In this document: positions 1-8,499 of the stretch, piece by piece
How the letters are laid out: each line of letters opens with the position of its first letter
How positions within the stretch are numbered: the stretch's first letter is position 1
Source: Streptomyces sp. WGS_02
Lineage (GTDB): Bacteria; Actinomycetota; Actinomycetes; Streptomycetales; Streptomycetaceae
Reading direction: 5' to 3'
Assembly (NCBI GenBank): GCA_040989845.1
Contig: JAYMFZ010000004.1
Coordinates: forward strand, 7,399,184-7,431,183
DNA length: 32,000 nt
Notes under the pieces: generated by a model
Told to the model about the DNA's origin: nothing
Seen by the model: only the letters and a program-made list of their open reading frames with translations
Database searches by the model: none
Translations under genes and position numbers: made by a program

Positions 1-1254
1 GCGGCCGACGGTTCGTACGCCGGCTCCGGACTCTCCAACGAATGGGCGTTCAGCGCGTTCGCCGCCGCCGGAACGGCCGCCGTGGACGTCACCCCGGGCG
101 GCGACACCACCAAGAACGCCCGCACCGTCTACCGCAACCTCCTGGCCACCCCCGGCTGGCCCTCCGCCACCCCCGTCGTCACCGACTACCAGCGCGGCAC
201 GCTCAACGCGTACGCCGCCGGGATCGACCCCGCCCGGGTCTCCGCATCGCGCAACCTGATCGCCGACATCTACGGCTACTGGCAGAACGCGGAGGCCGGC
301 TACTTCGGCCCCTCCGCCAACTACAACGGCACCGTCTTCGCGGCCCTCGCCCTGGGCGGCGCGAGAACCCAGGCGGGCGGCCAGCGGGTCCCGCAGGCGC
401 TCGTCGACAAGATCGTCACCCGCCTCCGGGCCAACCAGCACAACGACGGCGGCTGGACCTACGCCAAGGCCGAGGGCAACGCCACCGAGCTGGCCAAGCC
501 GGGCGACGTCGACATGACCGGAGCCTCCATGGCCGCGCTCTGCGCCTCCGGCGTCCCGAACACCGACCCCGACATCCTCCAGGCCAAGGCGTTCCTCAAG
601 AGCAAGCTGATCAACACCTCCGGCGCCTTCAACGCCATGTACGGCATCAACACCAGCTCCAACGGCTGGGCCGTCTCCGGGCTCAACGCCTGCGGCATCA
701 ACCCGCAGACCGGCGACTTCCTCACCCCGGCCGGCAAGACCCCGATCGACTTCCTGATCGCCCAGCAGTACAACCCGGGCGGCGGCTTCAAGTACCAGCC
801 CTCCGACACCTCCCCGTCCGCCTACTCCTCCCTCGACGCCCTGCGCGCCGTCGCGGGCGGCGGCTTCACCGCCGCCCCGCCCACCCCGGTGACCCCGGGC
901 GCGCCCAAGTGGGTCGCGGCGAGCGGCTTCACGGCCGGTACGGCGACGAAGCTGGCGCTCACCGTGGACGACGGCACCGGCGCCCTGAAGGTCTGCTCGG
1001 TCGCCTTCACCCCGACCGGCACGACCACCACCCTCGGCGCCGTCCTGAGCGCCGCGACGAGCGCCGCCACGCCGGCGGGCTGCGTCACCTCGGTGGTCCC
1101 CGCCTCCGGCACCGGAACGATCACCTCCGTCAACGGCAAGGCCAACGCCGGGTCGGCGATCTGGAAGGCGTCCGTCGACGGCTCGGCGTTCGCCGGGGCC
1201 GCCCGCAACAAGGTGATCGGGGTCGGCGACACGATCGCCCTGCGCTATTCCTGA
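1..1254 (+). CDS. secreted/surface protein with prenyltransferase/squalene-oxidase-like repeats and a C-terminal DUF4430-like domain (5' end outside window)
   Basis: Frame 1 is open from base 1 to TGA 1252-1254; ORF-track entry 82..1254 is the same frame. Repeated DGGW and GGGFKY-type motifs typical of terpenoid-cyclase/prenyltransferase toroid repeats. A Thr/Ala/Pro-rich linker precedes a C-terminal domain of about 90 aa ending GDTIALRYS. G/C-rich third codon positions. Confidence 0.55.
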   Translation, partial: AADGSYAGSGLSNEWAFSAFAAAGTAAVDVTPGGDTTKNARTVYRNLLATPGWPSATPVVTDYQRGTLNAYAAGIDPARVSASRNLIADIYGYWQNAEAGYFGPSANYNGTVFAALALGGARTQAGGQRVPQALVDKIVTRLRANQHNDGGWTYAKAEGNATELAKPGDVDMTGASMAALCASGVPNTDPDILQAKAFLKSKLINTSGAFNAMYGINTSSNGWAVSGLNACGINPQTGDFLTPAGKTPIDFLIAQQYNPGGGFKYQPSDTSPSAYSSLDALRAVAGGGFTAAPPTPVTPGAPKWVAASGFTAGTATKLALTVDDGTGALKVCSVAFTPTGTTTTLGAVLSAATSAATPAGCVTSVVPASGTGTITSVNGKANAGSAIWKASVDGSAFAGAARNKVIGVGDTIALRYS

Positions 1255-1263
1255 CCCGTGACG

Positions 1264-1305
1264 CCCGGTGAAGAGGACCCCTAAACGGGCGTCCCCTTCA
1301 CCGGG
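1264..1305. terminator. putative bidirectional stem-loop between convergent genes
   Basis: Inverted repeat CCCGGTGAAGAGGAC (1264-1278) / GTCCCCTTCACCGGG (1291-1305): 15 bp, 1 mismatch, 12-nt loop. It lies just after the stop at 1254 and overlaps the last codons of the minus-strand regulator gene. Confidence 0.35.
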
Positions 1306-2771
1306 TACGGCACGAACGTGCTGCTGTTCTCGTCGATCGCCAGCGGCTGCCCCAGCGGCGGCACCGCGCGCTGCGGGCAGTCCAGGCGTTCGCAGATCCG
1401 GCAGCCCATCCCGATCGGGGTCGCGGCCGAGGCGTTGTCCAGGTCGAGGCCGTCGGAGTAGACCAGCCGCCCCGCGTGCCGGATCTCGCAGCCCAGACCG
1501 ATCGCGAACGTCTTGCCCGGCTCGCCCCAGCCGCCCCGGTGCCGGGTCACCGCCCGCGCGGTCCAGAGGTAGCGCTGCCCGTCGGGCATGGCCGCGATCT
1601 GGACGTGGATACGGCCCGGCGCGGCGAACGCCTCGTACACGTTCCACAGGGGGCAGGTGCCGCCCGCGCGGGAGAAGTGGAACCCGGTCGCGGACTGCCG
1701 CTTCGACATGTTCCCGGCCCGGTCGACCCGGACGAAGGAGAACGGCACCCCGCGCAGCCGGGGCCGCTGGAGCGTGGACAGCCGGTGGCAGACCGTCTCG
1801 TAGCCGAGCCCGAACCGGTCGGTGAGGCGCTCGATGTCGTACCGCACCTCCTCGGCCGCCGAGTGGAAGGCCCGGTACGGGAGGATCAGCGCCCCCGCGA
1901 AGTAGTTCGCGACCCCGATCCGGGCCAGCGGCCAGGTCGCCGAGCCCTCGTCGTAGTCCTCCGACGCCAACCGGTCGATCTCCGGGCCGTATTCGAGCAG
2001 GGCCAGCTGCGTCGCCATCCGGAACGCCTGCTGCCCGGGGCGGAGACGGCCGGACAGATACAGCACCCGGGCGTCCCGGTCGTAGTGGTGCAGCCGCCCG
2101 GTGTCCGCCGTACGGCCGTCCTCCTCCGGCCGCCGGTCCGGTCGCCCCCGGGACGCGCCGGTTCCGGGCCGGGCCTGCCGTTCGGTGGCGGTCGCCAGCC
2201 GGATGCCGTGCCGTTCGGTGAGGCGGGCCGAGAGCGCCCGGACGACCTCGCCGGGCCGCACCCCGATCTCCGCCGCCAGCTCCTCCGCCGCCAGGTCCGC
2301 CTCGTGCAGATAGTTCTGCCGGCGGTAGAAGAACTCGCGGATCTCCTCGTGCGGGGAGCGCGGCAGCTCCGGCCCGCCGCCGCCCCGCAACTCCGCTGCC
2401 TCCGCGAGTCGCCCTGCCAGCGCCTGGTTGCGCCGCCCGAGATCGAGCAGCACGTTCGCCACCCCCGGCAGCCGGGAGGCCAGCTCGGACAGTTCGGCGG
2501 CCGAGACCCGCGCCGCGCCGACCTCGTCCGCCAGTGCCTCCCGCAGATCCGCCAGCACCCGTGCGGTGTCCCGCTCCGAGAAGAAGCCCGGATCCACCCC
2601 GAAGGTCTCCGTCAGGCGGAGCAGCACCGGCACCGTCAGCGGGCGCGAGTCGTGCTCCATCTGGTTCAGATAGCTCGGCGAGATCGCCAGCATCCGGGCC
2701 AGCTCCGCCTGGCTCAGCCCGCGCTCCTCACGGAGCCGGCGCAGCCGCGCTCCCGCGTAGGTCTTGCTCAC
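1281..2771 (-). CDS. ramB: XRE-family transcriptional regulator of the RamB/PrpR (short-chain fatty acyl-CoA regulator) type
   Basis: 496-aa ORF. N-terminal XRE helix-turn-helix (GLSQAELARMLAISPSYLNQMEHDSRPLT), long central region, and a C-terminal Cys cluster (GGTCPLW, GLGCE, GCRICERLDCPQR) as in the RamB/PrpR family. Divergent from an isocitrate lyase gene, as ramB is next to icl1 in mycobacteria. Confidence 0.8.
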   Translation of the reverse strand: MSKTYAGARLRRLREERGLSQAELARMLAISPSYLNQMEHDSRPLTVPVLLRLTETFGVDPGFFSERDTARVLADLREALADEVGAARVSAAELSELASRLPGVANVLLDLGRRNQALAGRLAEAAELRGGGGPELPRSPHEEIREFFYRRQNYLHEADLAAEELAAEIGVRPGEVVRALSARLTERHGIRLATATERQARPGTGASRGRPDRRPEEDGRTADTGRLHHYDRDARVLYLSGRLRPGQQAFRMATQLALLEYGPEIDRLASEDYDEGSATWPLARIGVANYFAGALILPYRAFHSAAEEVRYDIERLTDRFGLGYETVCHRLSTLQRPRLRGVPFSFVRVDRAGNMSKRQSATGFHFSRAGGTCPLWNVYEAFAAPGRIHVQIAAMPDGQRYLWTARAVTRHRGGWGEPGKTFAIGLGCEIRHAGRLVYSDGLDLDNASAATPIGMGCRICERLDCPQRAVPPLGQPLAIDENSSTFVPYPVKGTPV

Positions 2772-2837
2772 TTCGGGGCCTTTCCCGCCGTCGTCGACAT
2801 GTCGGCAACCCTATCCGCCGCGACACCTCCGGGACCC

Positions 2838-2883
2838 TTCGCAATCTTGGCAAAGCGCACCGAAAGATTCGCAGAACTTGGCA
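2838..2883. promoter_or_regulatory. two RamB-box-like motifs in the ramB-aceA intergenic region
   Basis: TTCGCAATCTTGGCA (2838-2852) and TTCGCAGAACTTGGCA (2868-2883). The cores AATCTTGGCAAA and GAACTTGGCAGA each match 10/12 of the corynebacterial RamB motif A(A/G)AACTTTGCAAA as I recall it. Confidence 0.3.
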
Positions 2884-3144
2884 GACGTACCCCGTTGATG
2901 GCACTCAGTGCCACTGTCAGAGTTGTGAGTGCGGCCCACCGGACACCGGCTCCGGACCGCGGCCCCGAGCACGATTTCATGCCCTGACGTCGTTCTCCTC
3001 GGGATCGCGGACCGATCCGCCGGGCGCATTGCTTACCGTTCCACCTCGGAGGTCCGGTGGGCCGCACCAGGAAGTCGCGTCACCCAGTGACCCGCACTTC
3101 GCACCCTTCACACGATCGACCCACACGACTTCGGGAGACACGCC

Positions 3145-4425
3145 ATGGCGCAGGCAAGGACGACGGCGGAAGAGCTGGCGCGGCGGTGGGCGAGCGACCC
3201 CCGCTGGAAGGGCATCGAGCGCACCTACACCGCCGAGGACGTGGTCCGGCTCTCCGGCAGCGTCCGCGAGGAGCACACCCTCGCCCGGCGCGGCGCCGAG
3301 CGGTTGTGGCGCCAGCTGCACGAGCAGGACTACATCCATGCGCTCGGCGCACTGACCGGCGGCCAGGCCGTCCAGCAGGTCAAGGCGGGCCTCCAGGCCA
3401 TCTACCTCTCCGGCTGGCAGGTCGCCGCCGACGCCAACCTGGCCGGCCACACCTACCCCGACCAGAGCCTCTACCCCGCCAACTCGGTCCCGAGCGTGGT
3501 CCGCAGGATCAACAACGCCCTGCTGCGCGCCGACCAGATCGCCACCGCCGAGGACGCCGGCGACACCACCGACTACCTGGCCCCGATCGTCGCCGACGCG
3601 GAGGCCGGATTCGGCGGACCGCTCAACGCCTTCGAGCTCACCAAGGCGATGATCGAGGCGGGCGCGGCGGGCATCCACTACGAGGACCAGCTCGCCTCGG
3701 AGAAGAAGTGCGGCCACCTCGGCGGCAAGGTCCTCGTCCCCACCGCCCAGCACGTGCGCACCCTCAACGCGGCCCGCCTCGCCGCCGACATCGCGGACGT
3801 CCCGACCCTGATCGTGGCCCGCACCGACGCACTCGCCGCCAACCTCATCACCAGCGACGTGGACGAGCGCGACGCGCGGTTCATCACGGGCGACCGGACC
3901 GCCGAAGGCTTCTACCGCGTCCAGAACGGCATGGCCCCGGTCATCTCGCGCGGCCTGGCCTACGCCCCGTACGCCGACCTCATCTGGGTCGAGACCGGCA
4001 CCCCGGACCTGGCGCAGGCCCGTGAGTTCGCCGAGGCCATCCACGCCGAGCACCCGGACCAGATGCTCGCGTACAACTGCTCCCCGTCCTTCAACTGGCG
4101 CGCCGCGCTGGACGACGACCAGATCGCCAAGTTCCAGCGGGAGCTGGGCGCGATGGGCTACCGCTTCCAGTTCATCACCCTGGCCGGCTTCCACTCCCTG
4201 AACCACGCCATGTTCGACCTGGCGCGCGGCTACGCCGAGCAGGGCATGACCGCCTACGTCGACCTCCAGGAGCGGGAGTTCGCCGCCCAGGCGCAGGGCT
4301 TCACCGCCGTCAAGCACCAGCGCGAGGTCGGCACCGGCTACTTCGACCAGGTCTCCACCGCCATCAACCCCGCCTCCTCCACCACAGCCCTCACCGGTTC
4401 CACGGAGGAAGAGCAGTTCCACTAG
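3145..4425 (+). CDS. aceA: isocitrate lyase
   Basis: 426-aa ORF with the ICL signature KKCGHLGGK, about ICL1 size. GGGAGA RBS 7 nt upstream of ATG 3145. Confidence 0.96.
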   Translation: MAQARTTAEELARRWASDPRWKGIERTYTAEDVVRLSGSVREEHTLARRGAERLWRQLHEQDYIHALGALTGGQAVQQVKAGLQAIYLSGWQVAADANLAGHTYPDQSLYPANSVPSVVRRINNALLRADQIATAEDAGDTTDYLAPIVADAEAGFGGPLNAFELTKAMIEAGAAGIHYEDQLASEKKCGHLGGKVLVPTAQHVRTLNAARLAADIADVPTLIVARTDALAANLITSDVDERDARFITGDRTAEGFYRVQNGMAPVISRGLAYAPYADLIWVETGTPDLAQAREFAEAIHAEHPDQMLAYNCSPSFNWRAALDDDQIAKFQRELGAMGYRFQFITLAGFHSLNHAMFDLARGYAEQGMTAYVDLQEREFAAQAQGFTAVKHQREVGTGYFDQVSTAINPASSTTALTGSTEEEQFH

Positions 4426-4506
4426 AAGTCCCGTCCGGTCGCGGGGGCGTTGAGCCCCCGCGACCGGGGCCGCCGTCCCCGCTCGCACCCCGCTGAGGAG
4501 AACCGC

Positions 4507-6099
4507 ATGACCACCCTTGCCACGACCGGCCGCGTCCAGGTCCTCGGCGTACCGGGGGACCGGCACGAGGAGGTCCTCACCCCCGAGGCCCTCGACTTCA
4601 TCGGCCGCCTCGACGCGGCCTTCGCCGCCCGTCGCTTCGACCTGCTGACCGAGCGCCGCCGCCGCTCCGCCCTGTTGCGCGGCGGGACCCCGCTCGACTT
4701 CTCCCGGGCCACCAAGCCGATCCGTAACGACCCCGACTGGCGGGTCGCCCGCCCCGCCCCCGGTCTGACCGACCGCCGGGTGGAGATCACCGGCCCGCCC
4801 GAGCGCTCCATGGCGGTCAACGCGCTCAACTCCGGCGCCCAGGTGTGGATGGCCGACTTCGAGGACGCCACCTCGCCCACCTGGGAGAACATCGTCCGGG
4901 GGCAGTTGACCCTGATCGACGCCATCGACCGCCGCATCGACTTCACCACCACGAGCGGCAAGGAGTACCGGCTCACCGACCGGCCCGCCACCATCATGGT
5001 CCGGCCGCGCGGCTGGCACCTCACCGAGAAGCACCTCGTCATCGACGACCGTCCCGTGCCCGCCGCACTCGTCGACTTCGGCCTCTACTTCTTCCACTGC
5101 GCCCGGCGCCAGATCGACGCGGGCAGCGGACCGTACTTCTACCTCCCCAAGCTGGAGAACCGGTACGAGGCCCGGCTCTGGAACGACGTCTTCCTCCTCG
5201 CCCAGGACCTCCTGGACATCCCCCGGGGGACGATCCGCGCCACCGTTCTCATCGAGACGATCACCGCCGCGTTCGAGATGGAGGAGATCCTCTACGAACT
5301 GCGCGAGCACAGCGCCGGACTCAACGCGGGCCGCTGGGACTACCTGTTCAGCCTGATCAAGAACTTCGCGCACCGCCCCGACTTCGTCCTCCCCGACCGG
5401 GCGACCGTCACCATGACCGCCCCGTTCCTGCGGGCGTACACCGAACTCCTGGTCCGCACCTGCCACAAGCGCGGCGCGCACGCCATCGGCGGGATGGCCG
5501 CCCAGATCCCCGGCGGCGAACCGGCCGCCCGGGAAGCGGCCCTGGCGAAGGTCCGGCTTGACAAGGAGCGGGAGGCGGAGGACGGCTTCGACGGTTCCTG
5601 GGTGGCCCACCCCGGGCTCGTCCCGGTCTGCCGGACCGTCTTCGACGAGGTGCTCGGCGACCGGCCGCACCAGCTGGAGCGCACCCGCGACGACGTGCAC
5701 ATCACCGCCGAGCACCTCGTCGCCGTCCGCCGCACGGCAGGTCGCCCGACCCCGGAAGGCGTCCGCGACAACATCGCCGTGGCCCTGCGCTACTACGACG
5801 CCTGGCTGCGCGGACAGGGGGCCGTCGCCCTCAACGGGCTGATGGAGGACGCGGCCACCGCCGAGATCGCCCGGGTCCAGATCTGGCAGTGGCTCAAGCA
5901 CCGGGCGGTCGACCGCGAGACGGTCCTCGCCCTGCTCGACGAGGAACTGGCCACGCTCGGCGCCACGTACCCCTGGGCCCAGCTCGACCAGGTCCGCGAC
6001 CTGTTCGAACGCACCGCGCTCGGCAAGGAGCTGCCCGCCTTCTTCACCACGGAGGCCTACGCCCGCCACCTCGTCGGCCGTCCGGCGGTGCGGGCATGA
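4507..6099 (+). CDS. aceB: malate synthase A
   Basis: ORF 4450..6099. ATG 4507 is preceded by GAGGAG (4495-4500). About 530 aa with typical malate synthase A sequence (RGWHLxEKH, FYLPKLE, AGLNAGRWDY, MEDAATAEI). Confidence 0.93.
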   Translation: MTTLATTGRVQVLGVPGDRHEEVLTPEALDFIGRLDAAFAARRFDLLTERRRRSALLRGGTPLDFSRATKPIRNDPDWRVARPAPGLTDRRVEITGPPERSMAVNALNSGAQVWMADFEDATSPTWENIVRGQLTLIDAIDRRIDFTTTSGKEYRLTDRPATIMVRPRGWHLTEKHLVIDDRPVPAALVDFGLYFFHCARRQIDAGSGPYFYLPKLENRYEARLWNDVFLLAQDLLDIPRGTIRATVLIETITAAFEMEEILYELREHSAGLNAGRWDYLFSLIKNFAHRPDFVLPDRATVTMTAPFLRAYTELLVRTCHKRGAHAIGGMAAQIPGGEPAAREAALAKVRLDKEREAEDGFDGSWVAHPGLVPVCRTVFDEVLGDRPHQLERTRDDVHITAEHLVAVRRTAGRPTPEGVRDNIAVALRYYDAWLRGQGAVALNGLMEDAATAEIARVQIWQWLKHRAVDRETVLALLDEELATLGATYPWAQLDQVRDLFERTALGKELPAFFTTEAYARHLVGRPAVRA

Positions 6100-6965
6100 G
6101 CGCCGCCATCGCCCGGGTGGGCGTCGTCGGCGGCGGTCAGATGGGGGCCGGGATCGCCGAGGTCTGCGCCCGCGCCGGGCTGGACACCATCGTCTGCGAG
6201 GCCGACCGCGCCGCCGCCGACCGGGCCCGCGAACGGGTGGCGGTCTCCCTGGAGCGGGCCGTCCAGCGCGGCAAGCTCGACCGCCTGAGCGCCGAGGACG
6301 CCCTCGGCCGGCTGACCTTCACCGGCAGCCTCGACGATCTGGCCGACCGCCGGCTCGTGATCGAGGCCGTCGTCGAGGACGCCGCCGCCAAGTCGGAGAT
6401 CTTCACCGCCCTCGACAAGATCGTCGAGGACCCGGAAGCGATCCTGGCGACCAACACCTCCGCCATCCCCGTCATGCGCCTCGGCATGGCCACCCAGCGC
6501 GCCGACCGCGTCCTCGGACTGCACTTCTTCAACCCCGTGCCGGTCCTCCCGCTGGTCGAGGTGGTCACCTCGCTGCACACCTCCGCCGAGACGCTGACCG
6601 CCGCCGAGGAGTTCGCCACCACCGTCCTCGGCAAGACGGTGGTCCGCTCCCAGGACCGGGCCGGTTTCGTCGTCAACGCGCTCCTGATCCCGTATCTGCT
6701 CTCCGCGATCCGGATGGCCGAGTCGGGATTCGCCACCGCCGCCGACGTGGACGCCGGGATGGAGCTGGGCTGCGCCCACCCGATGGGCCCGCTCAAGCTC
6801 GCCGACCTGATCGGCCTCGACACGGTGGCCTCCATCGCCGCGTCGCTGTACGACGAGTTCAAGGAACCCCTCTACGCCCCGCCGCCGCTGCTCCAGCGGA
6901 TGGTGGAGGCGGGGCTGCTCGGCCGGAAGACCGGGCGCGGGTTCCACCTCTACGACCGGGGCTGA
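6096..6965 (+). CDS. hbd: 3-hydroxybutyryl-CoA / 3-hydroxyacyl-CoA dehydrogenase (NAD-binding)
   Basis: Start ATG 6096 overlaps the aceB stop (ATGA, 6096-6099). N-terminal Rossmann motif VGVVGGGQMGAGIA. The LHFFNPVPV and GFVVNALLIPY motifs are typical of Hbd/FadB2. Confidence 0.88.
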   Translation: MSAAIARVGVVGGGQMGAGIAEVCARAGLDTIVCEADRAAADRARERVAVSLERAVQRGKLDRLSAEDALGRLTFTGSLDDLADRRLVIEAVVEDAAAKSEIFTALDKIVEDPEAILATNTSAIPVMRLGMATQRADRVLGLHFFNPVPVLPLVEVVTSLHTSAETLTAAEEFATTVLGKTVVRSQDRAGFVVNALLIPYLLSAIRMAESGFATAADVDAGMELGCAHPMGPLKLADLIGLDTVASIAASLYDEFKEPLYAPPPLLQRMVEAGLLGRKTGRGFHLYDRG

Positions 6966-7015
6966 GGGGCCCGGGTTCCGGGTCGCGGCTGAGGGGCCGC
7001 GGCCACTGACCGGAC

Positions 7016-7052
7016 GGGGTGGGAAGCGGTTGACTGTGCCGCTGCCCACCCC
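7016..7052 (+). terminator. putative stem-loop terminator of the aceA-aceB-hbd operon
   Basis: GGGGTGGGAAGCGG (7016-7029) / CCGCTGCCCACCCC (7039-7052): 14-bp stem with 1 mismatch, 9-nt loop, 50 nt after the hbd stop. Confidence 0.4.
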
Positions 7053-7089
7053 GCCGCGGTGTCCGCCGCACGGCTCGTGACCGGCGTCC

Positions 7090-7131
7090 TGGTCCAGACC
7101 TCTTGACCGAAGGTCTGGACCATTCTACGTT
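7090..7131 (+). promoter_or_regulatory. chitinase promoter with paired 12-bp chi boxes (DasR dre-like)
   Basis: TGGTCCAGACCT (7090-7101) and its exact reverse complement AGGTCTGGACCA (7111-7122) bracket TTGACC (7103-7108, -35-like). TACGTT (7126-7131, TAnnnT -10-like) lies 17 bp downstream. The 12-mer is the repeat described in Streptomyces chi promoters and resembles the dre core TGGTCTAGACCA. Confidence 0.6.
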
Positions 7132-7215
7132 TTGACGGGGTCACGACACAGGGCGGGTCGGGGCGAACCCTTCGCACCGGCGGCGGCTGACCCGGGCAGG
7201 AAGGACATCCGGATC

Positions 7216-8283
7216 ATGGGGCGTACATCACGACTGCTGGGCCTCGGCCTGGCCGCGGCGCTCGTCGTACCGATGCTGGTCGCAGCCGCACCGCCGAAGC
7301 CCGCGGAGCGAACCGGAACGGCCGCCGAGACCTGTGCGGTCAAGTCCAGGCCCACGGGCAAGGTGCTCCAGGGGTACTGGGAGAACTGGGACGGCGCGGC
7401 CAACGGCGTGCACCCGCCGCTCGGCTGGATCCCGATCACCGACTCCCGCATCACCCAGCACGGCTACAACGTCGTCAACGCGGCCTTCCCCGTCATCCGC
7501 TCCGACGGCACCGTCCTCTGGGAGGACGGCATGGACAGCACCGTCAAGGTCGCCACCCCCGCCGAGATGTGCCAGGCCAAGGCCGCCGGCCTCACCGTCC
7601 TCATGTCGATCGGCGGAGCGACGGCCGGGATCGACCTCAGCTCCAGCGCGGTGGCCGACCGGTTCGTCCAGACGATCGTCCCGATCCTGAAGAGGTACAA
7701 CTTCGACGGCATCGACATCGACATCGAGACCGGCCTCGTCGGCAGCGGCAACATCAACCAGCTGTCCCCCTCGCAGACCAACCTCATCCGCATCATCGAC
7801 GGCGTCCTGGCCGCCATGCCGTCGAACTTCGGCCTCACCATGGCCCCCGAGACGGCGTACGTCACCGGCGGCAGCGTCGTCTACGGCTCGATCTGGGGCG
7901 CGTACCTCCCGGTCATCAAGAAGTACGCCGACAACGGCCGCCTGTGGTGGCTGAACATGCAGTACTACAACGGCAGCATGTACGGCTGCTCCGGCGACTC
8001 CTACTCCGCCGGCACCGTCGCGGGCTTCACCGCCCAGACCGACTGCCTGAACAAGGGGCTCGTCATCCAGGGCACCACCATCAAGGTGCCCTACGACAAG
8101 CAGGTCCCCGGCCTGCCCGCGCAGCCCGGCGCCGGCGGCGGCCACATGTCCACCGGACTCGTCGCGCAGGCCTGGAACCACTACAGCGGTTCGCTGAAGG
8201 GGCTGATGACCTGGTCGCTGAACTGGGACGGCTCGAAGGGCTGGACCTTCGGCGACAACGTGAAGGCCCTCCAGGGCCGTTGA
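7216..8283 (+). CDS. secreted family-18 glycoside hydrolase (chitinase), catalytic domain only
   Basis: ORF 7132..8283. ATG 7216 is preceded by AGGAAGGA. Signal-peptide-like N-terminus (MGRTSRLLGLGLAAALVVPMLVAAAPP). GH18 catalytic motif FDGIDIDIE. Confidence 0.9.
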   Translation: MGRTSRLLGLGLAAALVVPMLVAAAPPKPAERTGTAAETCAVKSRPTGKVLQGYWENWDGAANGVHPPLGWIPITDSRITQHGYNVVNAAFPVIRSDGTVLWEDGMDSTVKVATPAEMCQAKAAGLTVLMSIGGATAGIDLSSSAVADRFVQTIVPILKRYNFDGIDIDIETGLVGSGNINQLSPSQTNLIRIIDGVLAAMPSNFGLTMAPETAYVTGGSVVYGSIWGAYLPVIKKYADNGRLWWLNMQYYNGSMYGCSGDSYSAGTVAGFTAQTDCLNKGLVIQGTTIKVPYDKQVPGLPAQPGAGGGHMSTGLVAQAWNHYSGSLKGLMTWSLNWDGSKGWTFGDNVKALQGR

Positions 8284-8302
8284 CCCGCCGCCCGTACGGT
8301 TT

Positions 8303-8337
8303 CCGCGCCCCCGGTCCGCCGATGACCGGGGGCGCGG
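8303..8337 (+). terminator. stem-loop terminator after the chitinase gene
   Basis: Perfect 14-bp stem CCGCGCCCCCGGTC (8303-8316) / GACCGGGGGCGCGG (8324-8337), 7-nt loop, 20 nt after the stop. Confidence 0.55.
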
Positions 8338-8499
8338 CGCCGCTCCGGCCGGGAGGCGACACGAGGAAGGCGTGAACCGGTCGCACGCCGGGGCGGTCGA
8401 GAGAGCAGAATCGGGTACGGACCCGGGTGATCGCTTCCCGGTGCGACGGGCCCGTCTCCCCGCGGGCCGGCCGAAGACGAAGACGTACGAGGAGACCCG

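Noticed and set aside
2977-6069. 1030-aa minus-strand ORF spanning aceA and aceB
   Set aside because: Antisense shadow ORF typical of high-GC DNA. Its translation is Gly/Arg/Asp/Val-rich with no motifs, while the plus strand encodes textbook isocitrate lyase and malate synthase.
6959-7000. Direct repeat GGCTGAGGGGCC (two copies) after the hbd stop
   Set aside because: Short, GC-rich and without obvious structure or known motif. The hairpin at 7016-7052 is a better terminator candidate.
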